A DNA stretch of 64,000 bases from Octopus sinensis. Lineage: Eukaryota. Below are positions 14,452-27,980 of this stretch, piece by piece. Positions within the stretch are counted from its first letter, which is position 1. Each line of letters begins with the position of its first letter. The notes under the pieces are model-generated. The model ran no database searches and was not told the DNA's origin. It saw nothing but the letters and a program-made list of their open reading frames with translations. Where the stretch lies: NCBI RefSeq assembly GCF_006345805.1, contig NW_021835464.1, forward strand, positions 6,290-70,289. Direction: 5' to 3'. The translations under genes and the position numbers were made by a program.

Positions 14452-16170
14452 CATTTATTTACCACAATGACGATGGATGAGAACAGTATAGAGACAGACA
14501 TAAAGTGTGGGGGTTACATATAATGAATTAATAAAATTGAAAAAAGTCTAAAAATATATTCGAACCCTGTTAATTGTTTTAGATGCAAAAACTAGCAGCA
14601 AAGTGTTCAGGTATCTTTAGGGCTATCTTATTCAAAAGGGTGGAGGCGCAATGGCCCAGTGGTTAGGGCAGCAGACTCGCGGTCATACGATCGCGGTTTC
14701 GATTCCCAGACCGGGCGTTGTGAGTGTTTATTGAGCGAAAACACCTAAAAGCTCCACAAGGCTCTGACAGGGGATGGTGGTGATCCCTGCTGTACTCTTT
14801 CACCACAACTTTCTCTCACTCTTACTTCCTGTTTCTGTTGTACCTGTATTTCAAGGGGCCGGCCTTGTCACTCTCTGTGTCACACTGAATATCCCCGAGA
14901 ACTACGTTAAGGGTGCACGTGTTTGTGGAGTGCTCAGCCACTTACACGTTAATTTCACGAGCAGGCTGTTCCGTTGATTCGGATCAACCGGAACCCTCGT
15001 CGTCGTAACCAACGGAGTGCTTTCATCTTATTCAAAAGGCTAATGCCAACATATTTTTCCCACAGGAATACAATCTGGTGGTAAAGAGCTTTGTAGAGAA
15101 GATGAATATTCATATGTTGAGGATCTACGTAATGTAAACATTGGCTTATTAGAAAAGAGGGGACACTGCTGGAGTAATAGTGAGAGATATTACCTAATCA
15201 AAACTTTCTAAAAAATCTATTAAGGATTAAAAAAAAGACGGTTATATGTTTAGATGGAGAGTATGCAACCATTAAGAGAATATATAGCCGTTTAAGAGTT
15301 GCGAGAGACATAATGTAATGTGGTTAAGATATTGTGAAGACGTTACGTAAAAAGATTAAAGAGGAAATCAAGAAATAGGGAGTGATTTGATAGAAAATAA
15401 ATAATTGATAATATTGAGAGAAATAAATTTGCTGGGGGGGAGGGAGAAATAATGGAATAAAATTATAGTCAGATCAATAAGTGATTATGGATACATGATA
15501 AAAAGTATATGTGCAGATATTAATATTATTAGTTATGATTAAAAAGAATAAGCTGTATTCTATACTTATGTAACAATAGGTATGAATTAAGTTAAAGGTT
15601 CTCTAATAAGAATTCGTATATCTTTACTTGTTAAGATCAATTAATGGTGCAGGGTATACATGTAAAATAAAATTTAAAAGTACTGCATTATCGTTCAGCT
15701 GTGCAGAAAATTTTCATTAATTATTTTAAAGCGCGATTAATGGTTTTAGGATTTGAATACACTAATAGATACTTTCAATTATGTGGAAAAAAATATTAGA
15801 TCGATAAAAAAAAATTACATTTACTTATATGAGGAAGTAGAGGATTTGTGCAAATTAAATGAAAATATAAGGCTTACTTTTATTTTGGAAAACTTGTTCG
15901 AAATAATTTCCACAATTAGGAACAAGGGGTTAACCCTCTTTGTCTATTTCTGGTAAAGATTTTGGATAATATGATAAATAAGAAAATAGATATTTTCGGG
16001 AGATATAATAATTATTATCATACAAGAAAAACATAAGTATACATTATGTATCAGGCAGAGCATAGATGTAGCTGCTATTAAGGTATAATTCTATGATCAA
16101 GAATATGAAGATGTATTTAATAGTAGGGTGTAATAGTAGTGTTTGTAAGAGGAAAGACGTTGACTAGGGA
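14428..16170 (-). mobile_element. Highly decayed L2/CR1-group LINE remnant
   Basis: The minus strand gives PLL(F)LI*VN at ~15816-15843 after one frameshift (like GPLLFLIYIND) and NIHLLYKA..GISLLNKIALKI near the end. It ends in aataaa plus an (atc)n tail. The 5' limit is uncertain. Confidence 0.5.
14640..15024 (+). mobile_element. tRNA-Arg-like SINE, family C, full length with a 15-bp TSD
   Basis: Head ggcgcaatggcccagtggttagggcagcagactcgcggtc..ggtttcgattcc. The TSD atcttattcaaaagg is at 14625-14639 and 15025-15039. Confidence 0.92.
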
Positions 16171-16789
16171 TTAATGTTAGCGCTAGTTTATATATTATAT
16201 AGAATGCATATATATTTACGAATTAAGTGGAGCCTGCAGAAAAATATGTGTAAACTCTGTGGATGGTGTGGATATATATATATATATAACATATTATATA
16301 TAAAATCCGTTCTGTCTATAGATTCAACAGTTTCCAGCTTGATTCCAAGGATTTTTCTGATTTCCCCACCTTTTGAGAATCATTACACCACTTTTCTCAG
16401 TCGCAAATACCATGTGCCAATATTTTTGCTAATCATCAGTACAGTTTCTATACCTCTTATATATATATATATATGTTACAAAAAGAAAATATTAAATACA
16501 GGTAGAAATGTAAGGGGAAAATATGAAGAATCAACGAAAATGCACATTGTAAATAAAAAAAGAAAAGGCTTTTTATGAAAGTTAACGACAGATATATACA
16601 TTTAGATGGACTGAGGTAGTAATAAAAATAAATAAAAGTCATTATTATGATATGTATATAAATGTATGTATGTATGTATGTATGTATGTATGTATGTATG
16701 TATGTATGTATGTATGTATATATTGTTGTGTAACTTCTGTCTACCAAATTCACTTAAGAAGCGTTGGATGGCCCGAGGGAATAGTAGAC

Positions 16790-17290
16790 AACATTAGCCG
16801 AACCTGTTAAGCGGTGGAGCTGTAGCCAGAATCACGTGGCTTGGAAGAAAGGTTCTTCCTACACATCCGTACTCTTTTACCCTAACGGAAGACAGAATAA
16901 GACCAGTCGACGACATCAATGTCATCAGAAGAGAAACACAACACAGAGGACAAAAGGTTCGCATCTTAGCCGGGATGATTTGAAGATGACACAGAATAAA
17001 GGATGCAAGGTGCCTCATAATTCCATGCAATTTGGCGTATCTCTAACATAGATAGAAAGTATAGAGAGCCCACTAGTTGGTTCGGAAATCGATATGGGAA
17101 ATTAGTTCGACGAGAACGACTGATAGACACAAACGGCAGAGCAACGTTAGATAATAAGCTCTGCCGAAGCAATCGACTGTGAATATTATCACATCAACCA
17201 AGCATAGCACAATATCGGTGATGACATCACTCGAATATTCACGTCAGTCTTTCATTCGTCTCTGATATACTGGCTCTGTACAAGTAAATA
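16790..17290 (-). mobile_element. Possible decayed RTE-like LINE ORF2 fragment
   Basis: GC-richer than its surroundings, with faint similarity (KMRTF..VSLL; GSL..EIRQIA) to the RTE C-terminal region. Weak support only. Confidence 0.3.
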
Positions 17291-17518
17291 CACACATCAC
17301 ATGTTAGTGAATATATATATATATATTATATATATATATATGCATGCATGTATATATATATGTATATGTATATATATATAATATATATATATATTATATA
17401 TATATATATTATATATATATATATAGTATATATATATGCATATATGTATATATATATATGTTTGTGTGTGTATGTAGATATGAACATATCTATACATTTA
17501 TCTGTATACGCATGTACG

Positions 17519-17550
<32 letters not shown>

Positions 17551-17655
17551 TGAATATATGTATGTGTGTGTACATATAAAAATACGTATCTGTATGCATA
17601 TATAGGTATACATGTGTCTGTATACGTATGTACGTATACATACATACATGCATAC

Positions 17656-17686
<31 letters not shown>

Positions 17687-17944
17687 TATACACATACATG
17701 CATACATACATACATATACATGCATATACATATATATATATATATACACGTATACATATATATATATATGCTCTTATATATATATATGCAGAAATATGTA
17801 TCTGTGCTTGCGTGTGTATGTAAAAATGTAGGCTACTATCTCTCCATCTATTTATGCATGAAAGTATCTCTCAATCTATATGTATATATATATTTATATA
17901 CGTATTTATATATACATATATGTATATATATTTATATGTGTATG

Positions 17945-17977
<33 letters not shown>

Positions 17978-17997
17978 TTATATACATATATGTATAT

Positions 17998-18031
<34 letters not shown>

Positions 18032-18055
18032 GTATGTATATATATATATATATAT

Positions 18056-18123
<68 letters not shown>

Positions 18124-18786
18124 GAGTATGTGTGTCTATACATACACCATATTCACATATACGCAGAACGAAATCATATTATATAATGTTGCGCAGTATA
18201 TGTGTAGGCATGTGTGTACGCTTCTCTCTGTGTCCTTATACGTATGTGTTATGATATATGTGGGCGATATCACGAACAAAAAGTAAGACCACGATACGCC
18301 GAATACCACGTATATATTTATTATAACGTAACAAATAAATATGATTAAATTCTTATAATATCTTCATATTTCACGATAAATGGTGCATTCTTTAGATGAA
18401 TATGTTTCGTGCGAATGTTATTCTCTCAGATGCTGGTTTAATTTAAACTTCTCTTTATCTGTAGCATCAGGTTATCAATATCTGTTTAGGCTTTGATAAA
18501 CATAAATATTATTAGAGAAAAGTATCGGTTAATGTGTTTATGCGTACAACAATCTGTGTTCGTTTGTCTAAAGGCGTGTAGCAATATTCAAACTGATTAA
18601 AATTTCGCGAGGAGATAATTCAATATTTTTCAGCAAATCGAGATATATTAACTTATCCCTTCTCCTCGTAATCCTTGTTAATTTGGAGGGTCTAATATTA
18701 ATGTTTAATCTAAAAAATCTTTACGATGTTTATATTCGCGGATACTGTGCTTCTCATATTGAATCTGCTGTGGATGTTCCTTCTTC

Positions 18787-18818
<32 letters not shown>

Positions 18819-18860
18819 CTTCTTCTTCTTCTTCTTCTTCTTCTTCTTCTTCTTCTTCTT

Positions 18861-19269
18861 CCAATCAGGACTGACACCATTATCCACAAAGCATACTCTC
18901 TAATTCGAACCTACTCTAAGGTACAAAGAATGCGTGTGGCAACTTGAAGATCCACCCACCACACGCAATAGATTTCCTACTTCTGACACAAAGCAGAGGA
19001 GCCATGGTGTAACCCACTTTGGTGTGGTTAGCTTTCAGACCCTAGTCTAGATTGCGAATCCTCTGTACTCCAGGATGGTTCAGCTCTCCATCTGTTAAAA
19101 GTCACCGTTTACGGAATGAGGATAACAACGTAGCTTTCGCGCCCGTGCAACCGTCAGTCTATCGCGTGTGGTGGGTGGATCTTCAAGTTGACACACGCAT
19201 TCTTAGTAGCTTAGAGTAGGCTTGAATTAGAGATTATTCTATGAGGCTAATGGCGTGAGTCCTGATTGG
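18861..19269. repeat. ~112-bp inverted repeat with outward-facing (GAA)n tails
   Basis: 18861-18972 versus the reverse complement of 19158-19269 shows about 13 mismatches by eye. (TTC)n lies to the left and (GAA)n to the right. Confidence 0.9.
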
Positions 19270-19364
19270 AAGAAGAAGACGAAGCACCATTAACACCACC
19301 AGCAGCTGCAGCAGCTCAACAAGACATCACTAATAATAATCCTTTCTATTATAGGTACAAGGCC

Positions 19365-19790
19365 TGAAATTTTTGTTGTTGGGGGGACCAGCTGATTATA
19401 TCGTGACTGGTACTTATTTAATCGACCCCGAAAGGTTGAAAGGCAAAGTCGACCTTGGCGGAATTTGAACTTAGAACGTAGCGGCAGACGAAATACCGCA
19501 AATCATTTCGCCCGGCGTGCTAACCATTCTGCCAGCTCGCCACCTTAACATCACTAATAATAATAGTAATGATGCTTTATTGTATGAGCACAAAGGCGGA
19601 AATTCGCGGAGAGAGGCCTAGTCGATCACATCGACCCCAGTGCTTAACTGGTATTTTGTTTTATCTACACTGAAAGGATGAAAGACGAAGTTGACCATAC
19701 CCGAATTTGACCCAAGAACATAAAGACTGGGAAAACTAGCTAGGCATTTGGTCCTTCGTGTTAACGATTCTACCAGCTTGCCGCCTTAAT
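19365..19790 (-). mobile_element. Two SINE family B copies
   Basis: Reverse-complement heads ending ctgccagctcgccacctt (~19546) and accagcttgccgcctt (~19788). Confidence 0.75.
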
Positions 19791-20149
19791 AATTCAAAAT
19801 TATAACGTCTCGAATTATTTGTAAATGGACCCAGGGCTCAATTGGTGCATATTACTTCGACCCCAAAATGATGAAAGGCGAAAGCGACTACGTCACAGTT
19901 TCAACTAGCACAAACACCTCTAAGCAATTCTGTGCTAAAACGTTCAGGAAAGACCTTTCACAAGAACATTATGTTAGTTTTGAATAGAGATATCGGCCTG
20001 GATTTATCTATTATAGCCTCGCTTTTTGGTTCTTTACTCAGCAACATCACCACTTCTTTGCTTACATCAGCTTCAGTTGGTATTTATGGGTTACCTGTGA
20101 ATATGTAGATCTGAATTTGAAATGTTGATTCTTTTTATATTGTTCGTAA

Positions 20150-20760
20150 GTAAATGATTCGTAAGTCTAAGAAATATGTTTCGTTAATATATCTAAGTGC
20201 CTAGGGCACAAATACAGAATTGTGCAGCATATTTAAAGAGGTTGTATATCTCATAGCGAGTATTATATCATTTAGTTTTTGTCAGGAGTTTTAAAACAAA
20301 ATGTCGTCTTTGATGAATGAGACTCCTTTAAAATCTGCGTGTATATGTCGAGGTAGATAAGATAATCATTGTGGGGAGACGGTTGAATTAATTAGAACGG
20401 ATTGAAGCCATTTTGAAAATACATCGTTTTAACGTTGATGGTAAATCACAGCCACACTCAATCAGCGATGTTTCGGTGATGGAGCTCTGGAGGTCGTTTG
20501 TGCATTTCCTGACAATGCGCAACAGGGTCATTTTAATCGAATGTGAAGTGAGACTGTTAAATGTTGTAATGTCTTGGTGGTTATATAAATTGATTTCTTT
20601 CGGTTTTCGTTTAGACAGTTAAACTGATGGTAAATTGTGGTCGGTTTATCAGCAGGGATACTGCTTACAGTGCAATCTTGATTAAGGTAAGTCGGACAGA
20701 AAGATTCTGCAAAAGTAATTGGATATGCTTTTGGCGTGGGACCAAACATTACCAAATTTT
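20150..20760 (-). mobile_element. Possible decayed Ty3/gypsy RT fragment
   Basis: Minus-strand frames give FNRLP followed by DFKGVSFIKDDILF, resembling FxRLPFG..GVxxYLDDIL. There are many stops. Confidence 0.3.
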
Positions 20761-21686
20761 ATTCTCTAACCATTTATTATCAGTAATATTTTATATATAA
20801 ATAGGAAAATATATAAAAGTAATAATAATGACGAAATAATATGAAATATTGATTCTAGAAATAAACAAAGAAGAAATATTTGTAAACAGGAATTATTGTA
20901 GACAAGATTTCTTGCATATTTTTGGTAATTCTCCAATATTGGCAGAATGAAGGAAACCAGCAGACGACGCTATTCCTTGAAGCTAGCAGCTAAAATCATC
21001 AGGTGAGAAATGAAAAATTTCTTTTCAACTGAACGGACAATTCTGCTAAAACATCTGAAATGGTAATCGAATCATCGAAGACTTCAATTGAAATGAATTA
21101 AGCGCGATTTTCGACAGCACGTGGAGACCATTAACATAGTAAAAGTTAATTTGATAAAACTATAATGAATCACTAATTTCAGATCGTATGGTGAAAGAAC
21201 ATATGTACACACACAAAACACACAAACACACACACAACACGCACAACACCACACATCCACACGCTCAAAGCGCACACACATGCATGCACGCACGCACACC
21301 CACATATATACATACATACAGACAGACAGACACACAGACATACTTACATACATAAATGTCTGTGTGTCTGATGCTTGTGCACACGTCTATACATACACTG
21401 TCTGTGTGCAAAACAATCAACCACAAATACAGATACATTTCTACAAACCCACATACACACATATATATATACATATAATATGTGTATATATGTATATATA
21501 TATATATATATACGCATGTATTGCGTAGGTGAGCATGTGTATAGAAATATAGAAATACATATACACCTACATATATATATGTATATATGTATATATGTAT
21601 ATATATATATGTATATATATGTGTATATATATATACATATATATATGTATATATATAAATATACATACATATAAACATATATATAC

Positions 21687-21723
<37 letters not shown>

Positions 21724-22380
21724 AATACATATATACGCAAGACCTGTGTATTATATATAGGCATGTCTAAATATATATATATATATATGCACACACAAAC
21801 ATATGTTACACGCCACACACACGCACAGACATACCATACATACATACGTAATAATATATATATACATACATACATACACAAACACACACAACACATATAT
21901 ATATATATATATATAATATATATTATATTACACACACATATATATATATATATATATATCCCTTTAACTGTCGTCGTCGGGTTTACAAATATATAATGCC
22001 ATGCGTGTGCTGGCATGGAAGCGAGAAAGAGATATTTGAACAATTGGTCCATTGATACTATTATTGATTCCAGGAATATTAGTTTGGCAACCTAAGCACG
22101 CAATGCTAATATAATGCAAAGTAAATAATGGTGAATTTGAAAATAGTAAAATACGTTACCTTAACAGAGAGACACACAAACAAAAACAAACAAATCAAAC
22201 AGCAAAAGTCAAACAATAATATAAGCAATCAAGGAAATATATATACGTGTGTATATGCGCGCATGCGTGTCTGCATGCGTGCCTGTGTGTGTGTGTATGT
22301 GTGTGTGTAGTTATTTGGTTTACTTTATTGAAAATACTTAAATTAGTTTACTAATTATTTTTGATAATATAGAGAGACCA

Positions 22381-22441
<61 letters not shown>

Positions 22442-23154
22442 CATATATACATATATACGTTCATATTTATATTATAGACATATATATATATATATATATT
22501 ATAAACGCATATATATATATATTTATATATATATATACATATGCGTATATGCATATATATATTTATGTTTACATGTATATATTTATGTATATATACATAT
22601 GCGTATATGCATATATATATTTATGTTTACATGTATATATTTATGTATATATACCTATGCAATACAGAAAGTTCGCATGTGCTAAAATATATTCTTGTGT
22701 TTGTACAGGATATATAATTATATGTACGTACGTATGTATGTATATATGTATGTATGAATATGTGTATGTATGTGTGTGTATGTTTGCATGTATGTGTACG
22801 TAATGTACATCAGGCGCAGCTCACTTTCGTCTAAATGTCATTTCAAGATTTTAATGCGATTCAAAATTTAAACTGAATATTCAGGTAAAGGGAAGGAACC
22901 CTGTAATACAGAAATGCAGCAATTAATTCAGTTATTTATTCTGAAACATATGGCTCCTGTCTACATCTGCCGTAAGCTTATATATATATAGCAAGCGGGG
23001 CCTCATATCAATGAGGGGTGGGGGGCGATGCGCATTGATGCCGTCGAGAGGTAGGCCCCGAATAGGCGCGCATTCTCTCCTGATGACCCCATACACATGC
23101 AGGCTTCTGGTATGCGGAGTTTTTGACTGGGCATTTTTGCATCTCTTTCTCTTT

Positions 23155-23556
23155 TTTCTCTTTTACTTGTTTCAGTCATTTGACTGCGGCCATGCTGGAG
23201 CACCGCCTTTAGTCGAGCAACTCGACCCCGGGACTTATTCTTTGTAAGCCCAGTACTTATTCTATCGGTCTCTTTTTTTGCCGAACCGCTAAGTGACGGG
23301 GACCGTAAAACACACCAGCATCGGTTGTCAAGCAATGCTAGGGGAACAAACACAGACACACAAACAAACACATATATATATATACATATATACGACAGGC
23401 TTCTTTCAGTTTCCGTCTACCAAATCCACTCACAAGGCATTGGTCGGCCCAGGGCTATAGCAGAAGACACTTGCCCAAGATGCCACGCAGTGGGACTGAA
23501 CCCGGAACCATGTGGTTGGTTAGCAAGCTACTTACCACACAGCCACTCCTGCGCCT
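23155..23556 (-). mobile_element. SINE family A, full length
   Basis: Close to consensus, ending cacagccactcctgcgcct. Confidence 0.9.
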
Positions 23557-23799
23557 ATGTGCAAGTTGTTTGCAAGACATCTGTTTCTTACCTGCTTTTG
23601 GGTAAATATGTCCTCTGATCGCTACATTATTATATTCATGCATTTTCCTCGTCAATTTGCCTTTCATTCTTTCGTGGTCGATACATAAAAAAAAATCAGT
23701 GAAACATTGGGGTCGATATAATCCACTCATCCTCTTCCCCCAAAATCGCTACGCTTGTGACAAAATTTGAAAACATTATTATTAATATTAGAGTTAAGA

Positions 23800-24038
23800 C
23801 GACCAGCTGACAGAATTGTTAGCAGACCGGGCGAAATACTTAGCGGTTTTTCGCTCGTCGCTACGTTCTGAGTTCAAATTCCACAGAGGTCGACTTTGCC
23901 TTTCATCCCTTCTGCGTCGATAAATAAATTACCAGTGAAACACTAGTGTTGATGCAATTCACCAGTCCCCTCCCACCTTATTTGAAGCCTTGTGCCTCCA
24001 GTAAAAAGGATAATAATAATAATAATATAATAATAATA

Positions 24039-24095
<57 letters not shown>

Positions 24096-24315
24096 GCTAG
24101 AGTGGCGAGCTGGCAGAATCATTAGCACGCCGGAGAAAATGCTTTGCGGTATTTCGTCCGCCTTTCCGTTCTGAGTTCAAATTCTGCCGAGGTCGATTTC
24201 ACTTTTCATCCTTTCGGGGTCGATTACATAAGTACTAGTTATGCACTGAGGTCCATGTAATCGAGTTAATCCCTTCCCCAAAATTTGAGCCTTTGTCCCT
24301 CCAGTAGAAAGGATT
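23800..24315 (+). mobile_element. Two SINE family B copies separated by (ATT)n
   Basis: Heads at ~23800 and ~24100, each with the gtcgactttgcctttcatcc-like core. Confidence 0.8.
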
Positions 24316-24325
24316 ATATTTATTA

Positions 24326-24700
24326 CTAGCAGTATCGCCCGGCGTTGCTCGGGTTTGTAAGGGAAATAACTATACAAGCATTTTTAGAGATGTAAAGTAT
24401 AATAGCCATCTCAATATGGCTAACCACAAGGGGGGGGTGTTACTGTAGCTTTTTACGTTCTGAGATTTAATAATACATTTTTGGAGAGTTACTTCCTTTA
24501 TATAATAGCAAAAAAAATGCATTAAAATGGGAAAAAACAATGGTAATCGTAGACGTGCGCTAATACCCAGAAGGGCTCGATATGAATCACGACTATAAGA
24601 TACCCGCTTTTGGTTACACTGCACCGCAAAATATGGGAGTAGTTAGGAATCTAAATCGTAGGAGACAGACACCACACAACTTCACTTATACATATATAGA
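24326..24700 (-). mobile_element. Non-autonomous Helitron
   Basis: On the minus strand it starts A|TCTATA and ends gagcaacgccgggcgatactgCTAG|T. It sits in an AT dinucleotide with no TSD and has a GC-rich subterminal motif. Confidence 0.8.
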
Positions 24701-24727
24701 TTAATAGTAGTAGTAGTAATAGTGGTT

Positions 24728-24780
<53 letters not shown>

Positions 24781-25088
24781 TGTTGACATCTCCTGTCATA
24801 CTGTTTTTTTTCAGCCCAAAATACAATGATAGTGAAAAAGTCTATCAAAATATAACAGTGGGAAATATATTATAGTTGCTGTAAAAATAAAATGATTCCA
24901 TACCTATACTTTCATGGAAATGTAAAAAAAAAATATTATTATATTATAAGGAAATACGAGGAATATATCAAATATATTTATATCGAATTTATTTATATCG
25001 GCAGATCGATTTCGGAATAATATATCTGAGCATGTGTGCGCATTTACTGTATATATAGGCGTAAGCACCTCGTACATGCATACATTCA

Positions 25089-25121
<33 letters not shown>

Positions 25122-25238
25122 TATATATATATATATATATTTATATTTATTTTATAATTGTTATATACATATACGCATACCCATATATCTATAGAATAGA
25201 CGTACATCGTACGTATATATGTATGTACATAGGTAATA

Positions 25239-25292
<54 letters not shown>

Positions 25293-25771
25293 CTACTTCG
25301 AATCAGTATGTACGTATTACCAAATATAAACCGCATTTTTTCCACAGATATTCTATTCAAAAGAAAGCTAAACGCCATCGTTAAAGAAACTAAACAAACA
25401 AACAAAAAAATCGAAGACGGAACCGTAAATCGAGGCTAATAAATCGGTAGATACGATGCCAAGTTTAGCCTTTACTGAATAGAAGAATATTTCTATAAAA
25501 CATTCACACACCTATTCATCAATTCCGCTTCGTTTTGCTGTTTAACCTCCAGTAAACTCTAAACGACGAAGAATCGCGACCCGGCTGATATTCTGCAGCT
25601 TATATTGACATATGTAGAAACGTCAGTACGAACGTATGTATATATGTATGTATATATGTATGTATATATGTATGTATGTATATATGTATTCAATTTTGGT
25701 TGTTTGTATGCATGTATATATATACGTATGCATGCATGTATGAATATATATGAATATATATATATGTATGC

Positions 25772-25803
<32 letters not shown>

Positions 25804-26035
25804 GTGTATATATATATATATCTATATATATGTATATATATGTATGTATATATATATATATATGTATACTTGTGTGTATATATATATGTATATATATATG
25901 TAATATATATATATATATGTATATATATGTGTAAATATATATATATATATATGTAGGTCCCTTTGATTCGGGGTTAACCACAGTAAATAAGGTACTCAAT
26001 ACATAGTAGAGTAAAATTAATTTATTATATAGAGG

Positions 26036-26086
26036 AGCTTCTACAGGACTAGAACTGTTTCATTCAAGAGAAATCTTCAGGAAGCT
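26036..26086 (-). ncRNA. Type-I hammerhead ribozyme motif (family H3, left arm)
   Basis: Exact reverse complement of 26849-26899. Confidence 0.7.
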
Positions 26087-26848
26087 AGTTAACAAGAATT
26101 GTATTGGCATTTATACATTTAGGCAGGTTTAAAGGGGTGTTGGTGGGGGACTTTTTGGGGGTAGGCATAGCGCAAAATATCATACTTGGGGAGTGGTCAA
26201 GGAGTCAGTGTTAAATTAGATAGAAGAATAAATAAAAAAATAAAAAAATATATAAAAAAATATATAAAAATATATATAAAAAAAGGGAATAGAGTTTTAG
26301 GTAAATAAGGAGATTCTCACTTATACCTATGCACATATGTATACATATATACACACACATACAAACATATATACATATACATACACACATACGTACACAC
26401 ACACATATATACATATATACTTACACATACATATACATATCTACACATACACATGTGAGTGTGTGTATGTATACATATATGTGTATGTGTAGATATGTAT
26501 ATGTATGTGTAAGTGTATATATATGTATATATGTGTGTGTGTACGTATGTGTGTATGTATATGTATTATTTTGTATGTGTGTGTATATATGTATACATAT
26601 GTGCATAGGTATAAGTGAGAATCTCCTTATTTACCTAAAACTCTATTCCCTTTTTTTTATATATATTTTTATATATATTTTTATATATTTTTTTATTTTT
26701 TTATTTATTCTTCTATCTAATTTAACACTGACTCCTTGACCACTCCCCCAAGTATGATTTTTGCGCTATGCCTACCCCAAAAAGTCCCCCACCAACACCC
26801 TTTTAAACCTGCCTAAATGTATAAATGCCAATACAATTCTTGTTAACT

Positions 26849-26899
26849 AGCTTCCTGAAGATTTCTCTTGAATGAAACAGTTCTAGTCCTGTAGAAGCT
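26849..26899 (+). ncRNA. Type-I hammerhead ribozyme motif (family H3, right arm)
   Basis: AGCTTC-CTGAAGA-t TTC tctt GAA t-GAAAC AG ttctagtc CT GTA-GAAGCT. It has a 6-bp stem I, 4-bp stem III and GUA triplet, with a U.U mismatch at the base of stem II. Confidence 0.7.
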
Positions 26900-26933
26900 C
26901 CTTCTATATAATATATATATATATATATATATG

Positions 26934-26972
<39 letters not shown>

Positions 26973-27391
26973 TGATATATATATGTATAAATACATATCT
27001 TTGTCAGTAGACGATGTACGTCGCTGCTTTAGTGTATGTATGCGTGTATATAAGTATGTACGTATCTTCATCTATTAATGCATATAAATATATATCTATA
27101 TCTATGTGTGTGAATGTGCGTGTGAGTGTGTGTGAGTGTTTGTTTGTGTGTATACGTATATGTACGTGCGTGTGTGTGTGTATGTGTGTGTGTATGTGTG
27201 TGTTAATAAATTAGATAACGAATTTGATGTGTTCAATGAATATGTCTTATTTTATACGTGTAAACGTATAATTATCTCATGCAGAGTATTTATAAACGTA
27301 TGAACATATATTTATTTACAATAATATCCAAATCTATATGTATATAAATACGAACATGTATAAAGATGATAGAAAGGCTGTTCGATATATA

Positions 27392-27980
27392 GATGGATAC
27401 ATAGATAGAGAGCTAGATAGGTAAATAGTAGAGATAAGTAGGTAGGTATATAGATAGATAAATAGATAGATAGATAGTTAGATCGATAGATAGATAGATA
27501 GGTATGTAGGTAGGTGAGTAGGTAAGTAGATATATAGATGGATACATAGATAGAGAGCTAGATAGATAAATAGTAGAGATAGGTAGGTAGGTATATAGAT
27601 AGGTAAATAGATAGATAGATAGTTAGATCGATAGATAGATAGATAGATAGGTATGTAGGTAGGTGAGTAGGTAAGTAGATAGATAGATGGATACATAGAT
27701 AGAGAGCTAGATAGATAAATAGTAGAGATAGGTAGGTAGGTATATAGATAGATAAATAGATAGATAGATAGTTAGATCGATAGATAGATAGATAGGTATG
27801 TAGGTAGGTGAGTAGGTAAGTAGATAGATAGATGGATACATAGATAGAGAGCTAGATAGATAAATAGTAGAGATAGGTAGGTAGGCATATAGATAGGTAA
27901 TAGATAATAGATAGTTAGATCGATAGATAGATAGATAGGTATGTAGGTAGGTGAGTAGGTAAGTAGATAGATAGATGGAT
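27392..27980. repeat. Minisatellite of four ~145-bp units built from GATA/GGTA tetramers
   Basis: The anchor gatggata recurs at 27392, 27537, 27686, 27831 and 27974. Confidence 0.9.

Larger units (their letters stand above)
26024..26912. repeat. ~890-bp near-perfect palindrome with ~430-bp arms and a ~24-nt loop
   Basis: 26024-26454 is the reverse complement of 26479-26912, with only a few differences, mostly homopolymer length. Confidence 0.95.

Noticed and set aside
14640-14720. tRNA-Arg-like sequence (also the heads of SINE families A and B)
   Set aside because: There is no complete cloverleaf or acceptor stem, and the sequence continues into a SINE body with a TSD.
20947-21003. Possible 57-bp plus-strand exon (MKETSRRRYSLKLAAKII) with a CAG|gtgag donor
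   Set aside because: The polypyrimidine tract is weak, and its 3' part resembles a repeat motif (gcagctaaa) also seen inverted near 31100.
27392-27980. Regularly spaced repeats as a possible CRISPR-like array
   Set aside because: The whole unit is repeated with no unique spacers, and the context is eukaryotic.
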